Shown here: positions 49,733 through 62,168 of the stretch, in pieces
How the letters are laid out: every line of letters starts with the position of its first letter
How positions within the stretch are numbered: position 1 is the first letter of the stretch
From: Prochlorococcus sp. AG-355-J04
GTDB taxonomy: Bacteria > Cyanobacteriota > Cyanobacteriia > PCC-6307 > Cyanobiaceae
NCBI GenBank assembly: GCA_003280885.1
Contig: QCDN01000002.1
Coordinates: forward strand, 9,810 to 73,809
Length of the DNA: 64,000 nucleotides
Reading direction: 5' to 3'
The notes under the pieces: generated by a model
Database searches by the model: none
What the model was told of the DNA's origin: nothing
What the model saw: the letters and a program-made list of their open reading frames with translations, nothing else
Translations under genes and position numbers: made by a program

Positions 49733-50212
49733 ATGTCTGAGTTTTCTCCTTTTTTTAATAATTCAGTTCTTTTCTGGAGCTTATTATCCTGTTTGCTAGC
49801 TCAATTTTTTAAAATTTTATTTAATTTCTTTTCAACTGGTGAAATAAGATTTGGAATTATGTTCGAGACGGGTGGTATGCCTTCAAGTCATTCCGCTTTA
49901 ATAACTGGTGCCTCATCTGGTATAGGTTATGAATTGGGATTTGATAGCTCAATATTCGCATTATCAGTTGCTGTAGCATTAATAGTTATGTATGACGCTA
50001 GTGGTGTTCGAAAATCAGCTGGGATTCAAGCTGCAGAAATTAATAAACTATCAAAAAAACTAGACCCTCAATCTGAATTACTTTTAAAAGAAACCCTAGG
50101 GCACACAAAAATTGAAGTCATGGTGGGGAGTTTTTTAGGACCATTAATTACTTTGCCTGGAATGTTTTTTTTAGGTTCTCCTCTCAAAATATTTGATTTG
50201 ATAATAAATTAA
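49733..50212 (+). CDS. Divergent PAP2 family protein (DUF212)
   Basis: GGMPSSHS, MYDA.GVR and LGHT motifs. Confidence 0.92.
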   Translation: MSEFSPFFNNSVLFWSLLSCLLAQFFKILFNFFSTGEIRFGIMFETGGMPSSHSALITGASSGIGYELGFDSSIFALSVAVALIVMYDASGVRKSAGIQAAEINKLSKKLDPQSELLLKETLGHTKIEVMVGSFLGPLITLPGMFFLGSPLKIFDLIIN

Positions 50213-51600
50213 GAATGCTTTGAAAAACCAATTTGGGTGGCATCTATAAAGTTTTTTGCGACTTCCGGAGAACTTGGTAAATGTAAGTGAATCCAACTTG
50301 CATGTAATTTTTCATCAAAAAAGCCTTCATTTTTGTATTCAGTTTTCCAAGATTTAATTTTCCATGGGGAAGAAAGTTTCTTCTGTTGATCAGCTTTTCC
50401 TAAATCAATTTCAGATAAATTATTTTCAATTTCCCAATAATGAAATTCATGTCCTCTAATTAATTGATTTTGTTTAATGATCGGAGTATCTTTTATACCC
50501 TCAATGTATCTATAACCTACTGAAAGTTTACTTTTTCTTGATCTAAAAGGGAGGATGCCACTCATTTTATGATTATTACCATTTTCGTCTTTTATAAAGT
50601 CTCCTAAAATCATCATCCCTCCGCACTCTGCATATATAAATCCATTTTTGCGGAATTTCCTTAACGAATTTAAGCTTTTGATAGAGTTACTTATATGATC
50701 AGCATATTTCTCAGGAAACCCCCCAGGAATAATTAAAGAAGAAGCCTCCTTAGGTATTTCTTCATCATCATAAATACTCCATGAAATCAATGGAATGCCT
50801 ATTTCACTCAAAAACTCCTTAGTTTCAGGATATTGAAAATGAAAGATTTTATCTTCTACAATAGCGATAGGTTTACTTTTTTCTATTTTTAAATCTTTAA
50901 AATTGAAAGAATTAAATATTTTTTCTTGAGGAGATTTCATATATTTAATAAGAGAAAATACATCAAGATTCCTTTCAGCAAAATTTGCAAAATATTCAAC
51001 ATCAATTTCCTTTCCATTATCCATTGGAGATATCAAACCTAAATTAGCTTTGTTTAACGTTATTTTTGAATCAGAAGGTAAAAAACCAAGAATTTCGATG
51101 TCTTCATTTTCAAAAACTTCTTTGATTAATTTTTTATGTCTATCTGAATTAACGTTGTTAAATATGATTCCTGCTATTGACAACTCACTATCAAAATCTC
51201 TAAAACCTCGAATAGTTGCCAAAAGAGACGCTACTTGACCTTTAGCATTAACAATAAAAATTATTGGAGCATTGAGAAGTTTAGAGATATTTGCTGTGCT
51301 GGAATAGGTTGTTGACCCTAATCCATCAAATAAGCCCATTGCTCCTTCAATTAATGAGAAATCACATTTCAAAGAATGTTTAAAAAAACTTTCTTGAACC
51401 CATTCCTCACCACTTAAAAAAATATCTAAATTCCTGCAAATAGGTTGACCAATTGAACTAAGCTGTTGTTGATCAAGATAATCTGGACCAACCTTGAAAG
51501 TTTGTATCTTTATGCCTTTTGAGAACGCCCAACAAGATAGCAAAAGCGATAATGTAGTTTTCCCACTATCAGTTAAAGGAGAAGATATTACACAAGGCAT
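50209..51600 (-). CDS. cobB: Cobyrinate a,c-diamide synthase
   Basis: SGKTT, FKVGPDY, EGAMGLFDG, AECGG and GHEFHY motifs. Confidence 0.93.
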   Translation of the reverse strand: MPCVISSPLTDSGKTTLSLLLSCWAFSKGIKIQTFKVGPDYLDQQQLSSIGQPICRNLDIFLSGEEWVQESFFKHSLKCDFSLIEGAMGLFDGLGSTTYSSTANISKLLNAPIIFIVNAKGQVASLLATIRGFRDFDSELSIAGIIFNNVNSDRHKKLIKEVFENEDIEILGFLPSDSKITLNKANLGLISPMDNGKEIDVEYFANFAERNLDVFSLIKYMKSPQEKIFNSFNFKDLKIEKSKPIAIVEDKIFHFQYPETKEFLSEIGIPLISWSIYDDEEIPKEASSLIIPGGFPEKYADHISNSIKSLNSLRKFRKNGFIYAECGGMMILGDFIKDENGNNHKMSGILPFRSRKSKLSVGYRYIEGIKDTPIIKQNQLIRGHEFHYWEIENNLSEIDLGKADQQKKLSSPWKIKSWKTEYKNEGFFDEKLHASWIHLHLPSSPEVAKNFIDATQIGFSKHS

Positions 51601-51603
51601 TTA

Positions 51604-52905
51604 TTAGTTATTAAAACCATTAAATATTTGAAGAGCTATTTTAATGGAATTTTCAAAAAGAGGACTGGTATTACCTCTACTACTTCCCAATAATTTACTA
51701 ACATCGTACTCTGATGTAGAAAAAGAATTTGGAACAACTTGTTCTATTAATTCCATATTAGCCATTCCCCCTGCTTCAAGTCTCATACATTCCACTGATT
51801 CGCAGCCAAGTATTACACAAGTGTTATTTTTTTGAACCTCACTAATTTTTGAAATCAACCTCAAGCCAATAACTTGTCCTAAATGAATACTTGGATTTCC
51901 CAAAGATAAGGGATTAATTGATGCAGAAATTATTTCGCCATTCATTCTTTCAAACTCTATTTTTGTTGATTCTGTATCCCTCTCAACTCTTAAAAAAGAC
52001 CAACCAAGTTTATCGCTAATCCATGAAATTAAAAACAAAGCTTGAATCATATGATCTCCTGTGATATCAATGTCAATATCAGTAATATGATCTAAGATAG
52101 GTCTCCTCGAAGGCGGATCAAAAATCATTGCCAATGATTCCCGCCAATTTTTCAATCTAATCCAATTCAAATCATTAATAGCTTTGTTTGAATTATTTAA
52201 TTGATCTAAAACTTTTAAACATCTTCTAGGCGATCCAAGAGCAGTATCAATTATTAACCTTAGACCATAATTAGTAAAATATTCGAAGATTTCAGGCGAT
52301 TCATCCAAGCTTCCATTCCACCACAACCATGAAGGTAATTCATCAATAGATAATTCATCAATTATTTTTAATCCTTTATTAGATATTGAGGCTGAGTCCC
52401 CCCTAATAACAACTAAATCCCCACATATAGGTTGCACAGCTGGAGTATCACTTAATGGACAGTAAGCGGATACAAAAGTTTTGATATCTGAATTTTTATT
52501 TAAAGTTGGCGCTAGAGTTATTAATCTTCTAGGATTTAATTCACTTATTGATGATTCAAAAAATTGTCCTCTAAAATCTTCAAATTCTTTATTAGATAAA
52601 TTTTCCTTCAACGAATTCAATAATTCTTCACTACTAAGAGAAGTAGTGATAGGAAGTTCTTGATCTAATATAAATTTTTTAGCAACTTTAATTATCTCGG
52701 CACTTAAATTTCCAGTAATTGGTCCATTAACTAATCCTTTTTGAACCAAACATTGTTCCAGCCAAGCAGGCTGCCAGACCATTAATGTAAAAGTATTAGC
52801 TCCACTATTATCTTTATCTTCTGAAATCCATAATTTATTAAGGTAGTTAGAAATTTCCTGATAAGGCAGTTCTAAAGGTGTTTGGAGTGTTAATTGAGGT
52901 TTCAT
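51604..52905 (-). CDS. opcA: G6PDH assembly/activator protein OpcA
   Basis: AYCP, WWNG and DLNW.RL..W motifs; directly downstream of zwf. Confidence 0.92.
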   Translation of the reverse strand: MKPQLTLQTPLELPYQEISNYLNKLWISEDKDNSGANTFTLMVWQPAWLEQCLVQKGLVNGPITGNLSAEIIKVAKKFILDQELPITTSLSSEELLNSLKENLSNKEFEDFRGQFFESSISELNPRRLITLAPTLNKNSDIKTFVSAYCPLSDTPAVQPICGDLVVIRGDSASISNKGLKIIDELSIDELPSWLWWNGSLDESPEIFEYFTNYGLRLIIDTALGSPRRCLKVLDQLNNSNKAINDLNWIRLKNWRESLAMIFDPPSRRPILDHITDIDIDITGDHMIQALFLISWISDKLGWSFLRVERDTESTKIEFERMNGEIISASINPLSLGNPSIHLGQVIGLRLISKISEVQKNNTCVILGCESVECMRLEAGGMANMELIEQVVPNSFSTSEYDVSKLLGSSRGNTSPLFENSIKIALQIFNGFNN

Positions 52906-52907
52906 TT

Positions 52908-54431
52908 TTAAGGTCTACGCCAGAAAATATTATCTTTTGAGATTAATTGATCAGACTCAGGAGGTCCCCATGTCATAGATTCATAGTTATGAATAGGTAA
53001 CTTCCAAGGAGAATTATCCATCAATTCTATTAATGGCGTATAAAGTTTCCAGGCTGCCTCTACTTCATCGCTTCGAGTAAATAAGGTTGGGTCAGAAAGC
53101 ATTGCATCAGCTAATAATCTTACGTAGCCTTCATCTGAGGGTTCTCCAAATGATTCATCATAAGAAAATTCCATCTCAACAGGTCTTGATTTCATGCCAG
53201 AACCAGGAGATTTTACCTCAAATTTGAAAGTAGCACCTTCATTTGGCTGAATTCTAAGGATAAGTTGATTTGGGGCTGGATTTATTATTGTTGATTCAAA
53301 TAAATGCACAGGAACGTCTTTAAAAGTCAAGACTATTTCCCCAAGTCTTTTAGGTAGTCTTTTACCTGTTCTCAAATAAAAAGGGACCCCTTGCCAACGC
53401 CAGTTATCAACGAAAACTTTTGTCGCAATATAAGTTTCTGTTGTGCTATTACAATTAACACCATCTTCCTGCCTATATCCTTTGAGCCTATTGGAAATAT
53501 TTCCTCCCTCTCCATATTGACCTCTTATGCAACAATTCCACGGTTCATTTTCGTCAGCAAGTTTTGAGGCTTGAAGAACCTTAGCTTTTTCATTTCTTAT
53601 TGCTTCTGGTTCAAACTTTCCAGGAGGTTCCATAGCAGTAACAGCGAGCATTTGAGTCATATGATTTTGAAGCATATCCCTAAGAGCACCTGAGCTTTCG
53701 TAATATCCTGCTCGATCTTCAACACCCACTGTTTCAGATGAAGTAATTTGAACACTTGATATATAATTCCTATTCCAGATTGGTTCAAAAATAGTATTAG
53801 CAAACCTCAAAACAAGAATATTTTGAACTGTTTCTTTACCTAAATAGTGATCAATTCTATAGATCTGACTTTCTTCAGCGCAACTTTGAACAATCTTATT
53901 CAATTTTTTTGCACTTGAATAATCTCTTCCAAAGGGTTTTTCAATCACTAAACGGCTTTTCTTAGGGTCATCTAAAAGACCAGCTGCTTTAAGAGCTTTA
54001 CATCCACTTGCATAGAAATTAGGAGATACTGATAAATAAAATGTTCTATTCCCATGAGTAGCTTGTGTTTTATCAATTTCACTCAACCTTCTAGAAAGCC
54101 TTACGACATTATCACTTTGTTGTAAGTCAACTGGTTCATAGAACAGATAATTGGAAAATTGTTCCCACTCCCTTTCTTTACCAGATATTTGATTTGATAA
54201 CTTTACTTTCATCTTTTCTCTAAACTCATTATCAGTCCAAGGTCTTCTCGCACAACCAACTATTCCAAATTCACTAGGAATTCTTCTTTGCAAATAGAGT
54301 TCAAATAAGGCAGGTATTAATTTTCTGTGAGTAAGGTCTCCACTTGCACCGAATATTACTAAGCATTGTGGAGATATAACTCTTTCCTGTCGTAAACCTA
54401 ATCTTAGAGGATTACTTAAAGTTGAAGGCAT
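52908..54431 (-). CDS. zwf: Glucose-6-phosphate 1-dehydrogenase
   Basis: GASGDL, EKPFG and RIDHYLGKE motifs. Confidence 0.98.
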   Translation of the reverse strand: MPSTLSNPLRLGLRQERVISPQCLVIFGASGDLTHRKLIPALFELYLQRRIPSEFGIVGCARRPWTDNEFREKMKVKLSNQISGKEREWEQFSNYLFYEPVDLQQSDNVVRLSRRLSEIDKTQATHGNRTFYLSVSPNFYASGCKALKAAGLLDDPKKSRLVIEKPFGRDYSSAKKLNKIVQSCAEESQIYRIDHYLGKETVQNILVLRFANTIFEPIWNRNYISSVQITSSETVGVEDRAGYYESSGALRDMLQNHMTQMLAVTAMEPPGKFEPEAIRNEKAKVLQASKLADENEPWNCCIRGQYGEGGNISNRLKGYRQEDGVNCNSTTETYIATKVFVDNWRWQGVPFYLRTGKRLPKRLGEIVLTFKDVPVHLFESTIINPAPNQLILRIQPNEGATFKFEVKSPGSGMKSRPVEMEFSYDESFGEPSDEGYVRLLADAMLSDPTLFTRSDEVEAAWKLYTPLIELMDNSPWKLPIHNYESMTWGPPESDQLISKDNIFWRRP

Positions 54432-54541
54432 ATTTTTAGTATTCTTTTTTTAAAATCCTCTTTTTTTCTAATATTAGCTACATATTGTGTCTAAACCAAA
54501 AAGTATTTAATAGGTCAAACTTAAATCTGAATATCAAAAAT

Positions 54542-55657
<1,116 letters not shown>

Positions 55658-55835
55658 TTAGATTTCTTTTATAAAAGATTATCAATTTGTAGTTTAATTT
55701 GTAGTGATTTTATAAAAATGGTTACGTTTTGAGATCGGAATAATTTAATGTAATTATTTTTATTTTTCAGTATTTATTGTTTTTATCAGTATAGTTACAC
55801 AGAAATAATTTTTTATCTAATTAAAAAATTCGTTT

Positions 55836-56375
55836 ATGAATAATCCGCAAGAATCAGTAGATCATTCTAAAAGCAATGCTTACAGGACAATTGAGCAAAC
55901 GATGGAAAAGCTTTCTGGAGGAACAAGAAGACTTGCAGCTCAACTTACAACCTCTGCGAGTTTTGATTCTTTGTGGAATGTTTTAACAGATTATGATCGG
56001 CTGAATCTTTACATACCAAATTTACTTTCAAGCAAAAAAATATATCAAAATAACAATAATGTACACCTTAAACAAGTTGGGGCTCAGGATTTTCTTGGTA
56101 TGAAATTTTCAGCTGAAGTAACTATCGATTTACTTGAAGATAAGGACCTTGGTTTATTAAAATTCAATTTGATTAAAGGGGATTTCAGAAAATTTGAGGG
56201 TAGTTGGAAAATTAAAAGCATTAAAAATACATCAAAAAATTCACTAATTTATGATCTTACTGTTCAAGGTTGTCAGTGGATGCCAATAGGCATGATAGAG
56301 AAAAGACTAAAAAAAGATCTATCAGAAAATTTAATTGCCGTAGATAGGCAAGCTAAATCATCAGAAATAGTTTAA
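55836..56375 (+). CDS. SRPBCC / polyketide cyclase-like protein
   Basis: WNVLTDY...IPNL and GDFRKFEGSW motifs. Confidence 0.88.
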   Translation: MNNPQESVDHSKSNAYRTIEQTMEKLSGGTRRLAAQLTTSASFDSLWNVLTDYDRLNLYIPNLLSSKKIYQNNNNVHLKQVGAQDFLGMKFSAEVTIDLLEDKDLGLLKFNLIKGDFRKFEGSWKIKSIKNTSKNSLIYDLTVQGCQWMPIGMIEKRLKKDLSENLIAVDRQAKSSEIV

Positions 56376-56387
56376 ATTTTTATTTAA

Positions 56388-56460
56388 TAGCCCCAAGGGG
56401 ATTCGAACCCCTGTCGCCTCCGTGAAAGGGAGGTGTCCTAGGCCTCTAGACGATGGGGCC
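56388..56460 (-). tRNA. trnE: tRNA-Glu (anticodon UUC)
   Basis: GGCCCCATCGTCTAGAGGCCTAGGACACCTCCC-TTTCAC-GGAGGCGACAGGGGTTCGAATCCCCTTGGGGCTA folds into a cloverleaf; CCA not encoded. Confidence 0.97.
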
Positions 56461-56500
56461 AGGAAATTAGCAAACAGCTTATTAAAAATTAAGAGTAAGG

Positions 56501-57616
56501 CTAGCCTTTCGTCAAGTATTGTTGCTCTTTATTTTGTCCTTGCCACACAGGAACGGTAAAATGGAAGCAAGAACCATCTCCAATTTCAGACACAACCCAT
56601 ATTCTTCCTCCATGGACTTGTACTATTCTCCTACATACAGATAACCCTATTCCAAATCCTGAAGTCCCTTCAGAAGTCTGTGGTAGTCTTACCCTATCAA
56701 GAAAAATTCTTTTTTGTTCGCTTAAAGGAATACCTGCACCTTTGTCACAAATTGTTATTTCTACCCATTGATTTGTTTTATGAATCATAGTAATTTTTAT
56801 AGATCCAGAGTCTTTAGAGAATTTAATAGCATTTTCGATTAAATTTAAAAATACTTGTCTCATTCTTCTTTGATCTGCAAATACACTAGGCAAATCAGAT
56901 GGAATATCAGTATCAATTTCAATATTCCTCAATCTCCAGAATTTTTCCAATTCAAGTATCACTTCAGCACTAATATTGCCTAAGTCAATTTTCTGAGGAT
57001 TAAATAACGCTTCCCATTTGGTTGTTCCAACCTCCAAAAGATCCTGAGATAAGAGTTCAATTTCTTCAAGACGTCTTTTAATTACTTCTTGCAATTTTGA
57101 AATATCTATTTGTCCAAGTTTTTGACTTTGAACAGCCAAAGTTGCAGCTGTTAAGGGAGTTCTTAATTCGTGCGCTACCATTCTTAGTAATCTTTCCTGA
57201 GATTCAATTCTTTTTGTTAATGTCTCATTTTCTTGTCTTAAGACAAGAAGTTCGTCTTCCAAAAGAAATTCTTTTTGTGTTCTTATTGAATCTATTGTTG
57301 ATGGTTGCAAATTAATCCCTAGATTTTTCGTTAAGCCTTCCTGTGTCCACCTTGGTAACCATTTCTGTAACTGAGAAAAAATATTACTACCTGCAAAGAT
57401 TTGCTTGGGAGCAGGAGAAAGTTTTATAAGAGCGGGAATAGCAACCAATCTATGTAATTCAAGTAATTCTGGTTGTTCTGTGGGGTCAGAAATCTGGAGG
57501 GATATCTCAAATCCACATTCATCTGATTCTAAATAAGCTATTAGAGACTTTATATCATTACTAGAGAGTTGATTTCTAGCTGCTACAAGTATTAATTTTA
57601 ACTCTTTTTTTATCAT
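56501..57616 (-). CDS. sasA: Adaptive-response sensory histidine kinase SasA
   Basis: KaiB-like N-terminal domain ([19 protein letters not shown]), HELRTPL and HATPase boxes. Confidence 0.92.
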   Translation of the reverse strand: MIKKELKLILVAARNQLSSNDIKSLIAYLESDECGFEISLQISDPTEQPELLELHRLVAIPALIKLSPAPKQIFAGSNIFSQLQKWLPRWTQEGLTKNLGINLQPSTIDSIRTQKEFLLEDELLVLRQENETLTKRIESQERLLRMVAHELRTPLTAATLAVQSQKLGQIDISKLQEVIKRRLEEIELLSQDLLEVGTTKWEALFNPQKIDLGNISAEVILELEKFWRLRNIEIDTDIPSDLPSVFADQRRMRQVFLNLIENAIKFSKDSGSIKITMIHKTNQWVEITICDKGAGIPLSEQKRIFLDRVRLPQTSEGTSGFGIGLSVCRRIVQVHGGRIWVVSEIGDGSCFHFTVPVWQGQNKEQQYLTKG

Positions 57617-57727
57617 TCAAATCATTTCCTCTGAAGTGTTGAAAAGCTGTTAATCCTTATGAACACATTAAGATATTTTTTTTTATTTTACAGATAAGCT
57701 ATGAAATAAATAAGGCTTAATTTATAT

Positions 57728-58267
57728 ATGGTTGCTATTAATCAAAAGAAAAATCTTAATTTTGGCGAAAATCCTCCAGAAATCAATTTAAATAGTAATT
57801 TAAAAAGGTGGTTTTCGAGAAATATTGGATTATGGAAATCCAATAGAACATACTTTTTTGAAGAAGTACAAAAAACATATAATTTATGTATGAATATAAA
57901 TATACAAGCTCTTGAAAATAAATCCGAATGGGAATCGCACTATAAATTCACTTGGCACCCTGAAAAAACATATGATTTCTTTGAGGAAAACCCCCAATAT
58001 AAAGAACGAGGAGAAATGCGTGCATTCATAAAAGGTCACCAACTTATAAGGGAAAATTTTTATTTAAGCAATGATGGAGGTATTTCAAATATTAAGCAAG
58101 TTGACGAACACGAAATGATTTTTGAATCTTCTTACAAAGATTGGTATATAATTGAACATACAAGACTTGTAGATACAGATAATTATAGATTTAGAGTAAT
58201 ATATTCTTGGAACAAAAATAAACTGAAAATAGTAGAGAATCATCACGAAATAAAAATTATTAAGTAA
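57728..58267 (+). CDS. Hypothetical protein, possibly a CpcS/CpeS-like beta-barrel
   Basis: WFSRNIGLWKSNRTY and E..R.V....R.R resemble S-type bilin lyase motifs; the family call is weak. Confidence 0.55.
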   Translation: MVAINQKKNLNFGENPPEINLNSNLKRWFSRNIGLWKSNRTYFFEEVQKTYNLCMNINIQALENKSEWESHYKFTWHPEKTYDFFEENPQYKERGEMRAFIKGHQLIRENFYLSNDGGISNIKQVDEHEMIFESSYKDWYIIEHTRLVDTDNYRFRVIYSWNKNKLKIVENHHEIKIIK

Positions 58268-58329
58268 GTCCTTTTTATCTATAAATGTTAAAATAATACT
58301 GTTATGTTGATAGTAAATAATAATAGTTA

Positions 58330-58770
58330 ATGGATATTAGTTATTACTCAAAAAGAATTTTAAGATTGTTAGGCATTAGCCTCATTGTCCCCTTTGTATT
58401 TTTTGAGATTAATACACTAAATAAACAAATTAAAGCCGAAAAAAAATTTATTGCTGCCTCAGAGAAAGATCTTTTCCTATATCGACAAATGGGAGCATCT
58501 TATCTTTGTATAGCTTCAAAGGCTGAAATTGATTTTAATAAAGGGCTAGGCATTGCAAGTGCTACTTTTGCAAATGTAATTATTGGCAAGCATGGTGGTT
58601 CTATAAAAGAATTAGGGAATGAAAAACTTGATGAAAAAAAATTATATAACGCAGGTACTTTTCAGATTGTTGGTAGTGCTCTTAATATTTGTCCAGAAAG
58701 CATCCCAAAAAAAATTAAAAATGACTATGAGAAAAGGGTAAAGGAACTTCTAAAAGAAAGCAAAAAATAA
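58330..58770 (+). CDS. Secreted or anchored hypothetical protein
   Basis: ORF track; signal-like N-terminus, two Cys. Confidence 0.7.
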   Translation: MDISYYSKRILRLLGISLIVPFVFFEINTLNKQIKAEKKFIAASEKDLFLYRQMGASYLCIASKAEIDFNKGLGIASATFANVIIGKHGGSIKELGNEKLDEKKLYNAGTFQIVGSALNICPESIPKKIKNDYEKRVKELLKESKK

Positions 58771-58779
58771 ATTCAATAA

Positions 58780-59775
58780 TTATCTGAACATTGAACTAAC
58801 AGAACTTTCTTCGTGAATTCTCCAAATTGCTTCGCCCAGCATATTTGCAACAGAAAGTACTTTTAACTGTGGGAAATTATCTTTAACAAGAACTGGAATA
58901 CTATTAGTAACTATAACTTGCTCGAATAAATCCTTTTTACTTAATCTTTCATAAGAAGGAGGGGAAAATACAGCATGTGAGGCACATGCGAATATTCTAT
59001 TAGCTCCCTCTTTTTTTAATAAATTAGCTCCAGAACATATTGTGCCGCCTGTGTCTATCATATCGTCTATGAGGATAGCAGTTTTGCCTTTAACTTCACC
59101 AATAACTGTAAGACTTTCAGCAATATTATGAGCTGCTCTCCTCTTATCAATTATAGCTAAAGGAGCATCGTTCATTAATTTTGCAAATGCTCTTGCTCTT
59201 GCCACTCCTCCTACATCAGGAGAAACTACTACAACTTCTTCTAGATTTAAAGAATCTAAATAATCAATTAATACAGGTGAACCATAAATGTGATCGCATG
59301 GGATATCAAAATAACCTTGGATTTGAGCCGAATGTAAATCCATAGCAAGAACCCTGTCAACTCCTGATTTCTCAAGTAAATTAGCCGTAAGTTTTGCCGT
59401 TATGGACTCTCTTCCCGAAGTCTTTCTATCTGCCCTAGCATATCCAAAATAAGGGATTACGGCAGTAATTTGCCTAGCTGAAGCCCTCTTGCAAGCATCA
59501 ACCATAATCATTAGTTCCATTAAACTATCGTTTACAGGAGCGCATGTGGGTTGTATCAGGAATACATCGCAACCTCTAATAGATTGCTGAATTTGAACAT
59601 AAAGTTCTCCATCCGCAAATCTTTTCGATATTAATGGAACATTTTCAATCCCTAAGTATGATGCAATTTCTTCAGCTAATTTAGGATTTGTCGTTCCACT
59701 AACTAATCTTAATCTACTATTAGTTAGATTAAAATTTGATTCTTTATTCTGCACTGCCGTGATAAAACTTTTCAC
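58780..59775 (-). CDS. prs: Ribose-phosphate pyrophosphokinase
   Basis: FADGE, YARADR, DLHS.QIQG, VSPDVGG and DDMIDTGGT motifs. Confidence 0.97.
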   Translation of the reverse strand: MKSFITAVQNKESNFNLTNSRLRLVSGTTNPKLAEEIASYLGIENVPLISKRFADGELYVQIQQSIRGCDVFLIQPTCAPVNDSLMELMIMVDACKRASARQITAVIPYFGYARADRKTSGRESITAKLTANLLEKSGVDRVLAMDLHSAQIQGYFDIPCDHIYGSPVLIDYLDSLNLEEVVVVSPDVGGVARARAFAKLMNDAPLAIIDKRRAAHNIAESLTVIGEVKGKTAILIDDMIDTGGTICSGANLLKKEGANRIFACASHAVFSPPSYERLSKKDLFEQVIVTNSIPVLVKDNFPQLKVLSVANMLGEAIWRIHEESSVSSMFR

Positions 59776-60030
59776 GAAATTAGTACTCTAAAACTATATC
59801 CTTATCGTAGTCGTTTATGTGATTTTCGCAAAAAATAATGAATAGATCTTTTCAAAATTCAACCCTCTCAAGCAAGATATCAAATAAAATTAATAAAAAT
59901 AATATTTTTATTTATAGAAAAATATTTTGTATAACAATGAATATTTGTCAATTAAAAAAAATTTGATTATGTTTGAATTTAGAGAATAAAACACAATTTA
60001 TCGTAAATAATTAAAATATAATTAATAAGA

Positions 60031-61551
60031 ATGCCTTTAAGATCAGTTCTTACAAAAAAATCATTAGGGATACTTATGCATCCTTCATGTATACCTGGAG
60101 GAAGTGAATGTGGAACTTTTGGTAGAGGGGCTAAAGAATGGATAAAAAAGCTTGAAAAACATGGTATTAAATACTGGCAATTTTTACCTCTCACCCCTAC
60201 TGATTCAACGGGGTCTCCATATAGTTCACCATCTAGTTTTGCATTAAATCCATGGTTTCTAGATTTTGATAATTTAATCGAGCAAGGCTTTATCTTTATT
60301 TCAAATAAAGAAGAATTAAAACCCGCAAATCAGAATGCAAATCATTTTGATTTTGATGTTGCTGATGAATTAACAAAAAAATTAGGAAGACTCCTTTTAC
60401 AAGGTTGGATTTCCCAATCTGAAGAAAGAAAACTTGATTTTGATAAATGGATTAGTAAGAATTCCTGGGTTGATGATTATGCATTATTTGCTGTTATCAG
60501 AGAGGAGTTTAATATGTTGCCTTGGTGGCAATGGCCTAAACAATTTAAAATAAAAAACAACAAATTTTTAGAATCATGGATAGAGGAAAAAAGTGATGAG
60601 ATCCTTATTAAAAAATTAATACAGTGGCATTTAGATGAGCAATGGAGAGCTATTAAAAGCTTTGCAAAATCAAGGAATGTAAAGCTAATAGGAGATTTGC
60701 CCTTTTATGTATCTAGGGACAGTGCCGATGTGTGGAGTAATAAATCATTATTTTCCATTTTTAAAAATGGAGATTTAATCTTTCAAAGTGGTGTTCCACC
60801 TGATTATTTTTCATCAACAGGACAATTATGGGGAACCCCAACTTACTTTTGGTCAAAACATAAGAGGACTAATTTCGATTGGTGGAGAAAAAGATTTAAA
60901 AGGCAATTTGAACTTGTGGACTTGTTGAGATTGGATCATTTCAGAGGCCTAGCAGGATACTGGAGAGTTAATGGCAAATCTAAAACGGCAATTATTGGAA
61001 AATGGATAAATTCTCCAGGTAAAACACTATTAAATAAAGTAAAAAAGGATCTAGGGAGTAACTATCTACCTATTATTGCGGAGGATCTGGGAGTAATAAC
61101 TCCAGATGTAGAGAAATTAAGGGAAAACTTCGAACTACCTGGCATGAAAATATTACAATTTGCTTTTGATGGCAATGAAGATAATCCTTATTTACCAAAG
61201 AATATTGAAGGAGAAAATTGGGTTGTTTATACAGGTACTCACGACAACTCTACTTCTGTTTCATGGTGGGAAAATTTAGATTATGAATCCCAAAAAAGAA
61301 TAAAAGATGAGTATAAATTTTCAGAAAATCCTTCTTGGGATTTAATAGAAATTGGAATGGAGACAAATGCTAAGCTTTTTATCGCTCCATTACAAGATCT
61401 ATTATCTCTAGACGATTCAAGTAGATTAAACAAACCTGGGACCACAAAAAATAACTGGAAATGGAAGTTAAATTGTCCTTTAGAAGAAATAGAAAATAAT
61501 ATAAAAATGTTTAGTGAGCTAGGAAATAATTTTGAGAGAACTCTAATGTAG
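60031..61551 (+). CDS. malQ: 4-alpha-glucanotransferase (GH77)
   Basis: SPYS, GDLPFYV, GVPPDYFS, RLDHFRG, AEDLG and YTGTHDN motifs. Confidence 0.96.
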   Translation: MPLRSVLTKKSLGILMHPSCIPGGSECGTFGRGAKEWIKKLEKHGIKYWQFLPLTPTDSTGSPYSSPSSFALNPWFLDFDNLIEQGFIFISNKEELKPANQNANHFDFDVADELTKKLGRLLLQGWISQSEERKLDFDKWISKNSWVDDYALFAVIREEFNMLPWWQWPKQFKIKNNKFLESWIEEKSDEILIKKLIQWHLDEQWRAIKSFAKSRNVKLIGDLPFYVSRDSADVWSNKSLFSIFKNGDLIFQSGVPPDYFSSTGQLWGTPTYFWSKHKRTNFDWWRKRFKRQFELVDLLRLDHFRGLAGYWRVNGKSKTAIIGKWINSPGKTLLNKVKKDLGSNYLPIIAEDLGVITPDVEKLRENFELPGMKILQFAFDGNEDNPYLPKNIEGENWVVYTGTHDNSTSVSWWENLDYESQKRIKDEYKFSENPSWDLIEIGMETNAKLFIAPLQDLLSLDDSSRLNKPGTTKNNWKWKLNCPLEEIENNIKMFSELGNNFERTLM

Positions 61552-61564
61552 ATATTATTAAAAA

Positions 61565-62059
61565 TTATTTATCAATAATTTGATTTTCAATATTTTGAAT
61601 CTCTATAACATTTACATTTAAAATAAAGTATCTCTTTAATATAAAAATAGTTAAAACTAATATAAAAAAATACAAAAGACTTCCTTGCCATGTATTGATA
61701 ATATCGAATTTCCTGAGCATAAAATCCTTTTCCTTTTTCTTTAAAATTTTTCTTTCATTAACTGCTAAATTTAATAATGTATTTTTTTTTAATACTAAGC
61801 ATTCCTCTAATTTAATTAATATAGATCTTATAAAAGGATACTCTGGCCTAGTACTTTTATTATTATTTTCAATAGAGTTTATTATTTGTTCAGGAATTTT
61901 TGAAATGTATGACAATTCTTTAATTGTAAGGTTTTGTTGAATTCTTGCTTCTTTTACTAACTTTGCAATTTCTAAAGATTGGTCAACCAATCCAGGAACA
62001 AATTCTTTATTTTTTTCAGATTTTTTATTAAATAAAAAGAGATTTTTTAAAATATTCAT
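61565..62059 (-). CDS. HTH-domain membrane-anchored protein (RodZ-like)
   Basis: XRE-type HTH (KEARIQQNLTIKELS...IE...PE) plus a C-terminal TM helix. Confidence 0.75.
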   Translation of the reverse strand: MNILKNLFLFNKKSEKNKEFVPGLVDQSLEIAKLVKEARIQQNLTIKELSYISKIPEQIINSIENNNKSTRPEYPFIRSILIKLEECLVLKKNTLLNLAVNERKILKKKEKDFMLRKFDIINTWQGSLLYFFILVLTIFILKRYFILNVNVIEIQNIENQIIDK

Positions 62060-62168
62060 TTAATTTTCCAAAGCTAAGTAATCCTTTTACTTCTCATTTT
62101 TAAATTATTAAATCCGATTCTAATAGAATTAAATACATAGGTAAGTTAATTAACTACAAATATAAAAA

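Noticed and set aside
56376-56500. tRNA-Glu as an integration site
   Set aside because: Flanked by core genes; no integrase and no duplicated tRNA 3' end seen in the window
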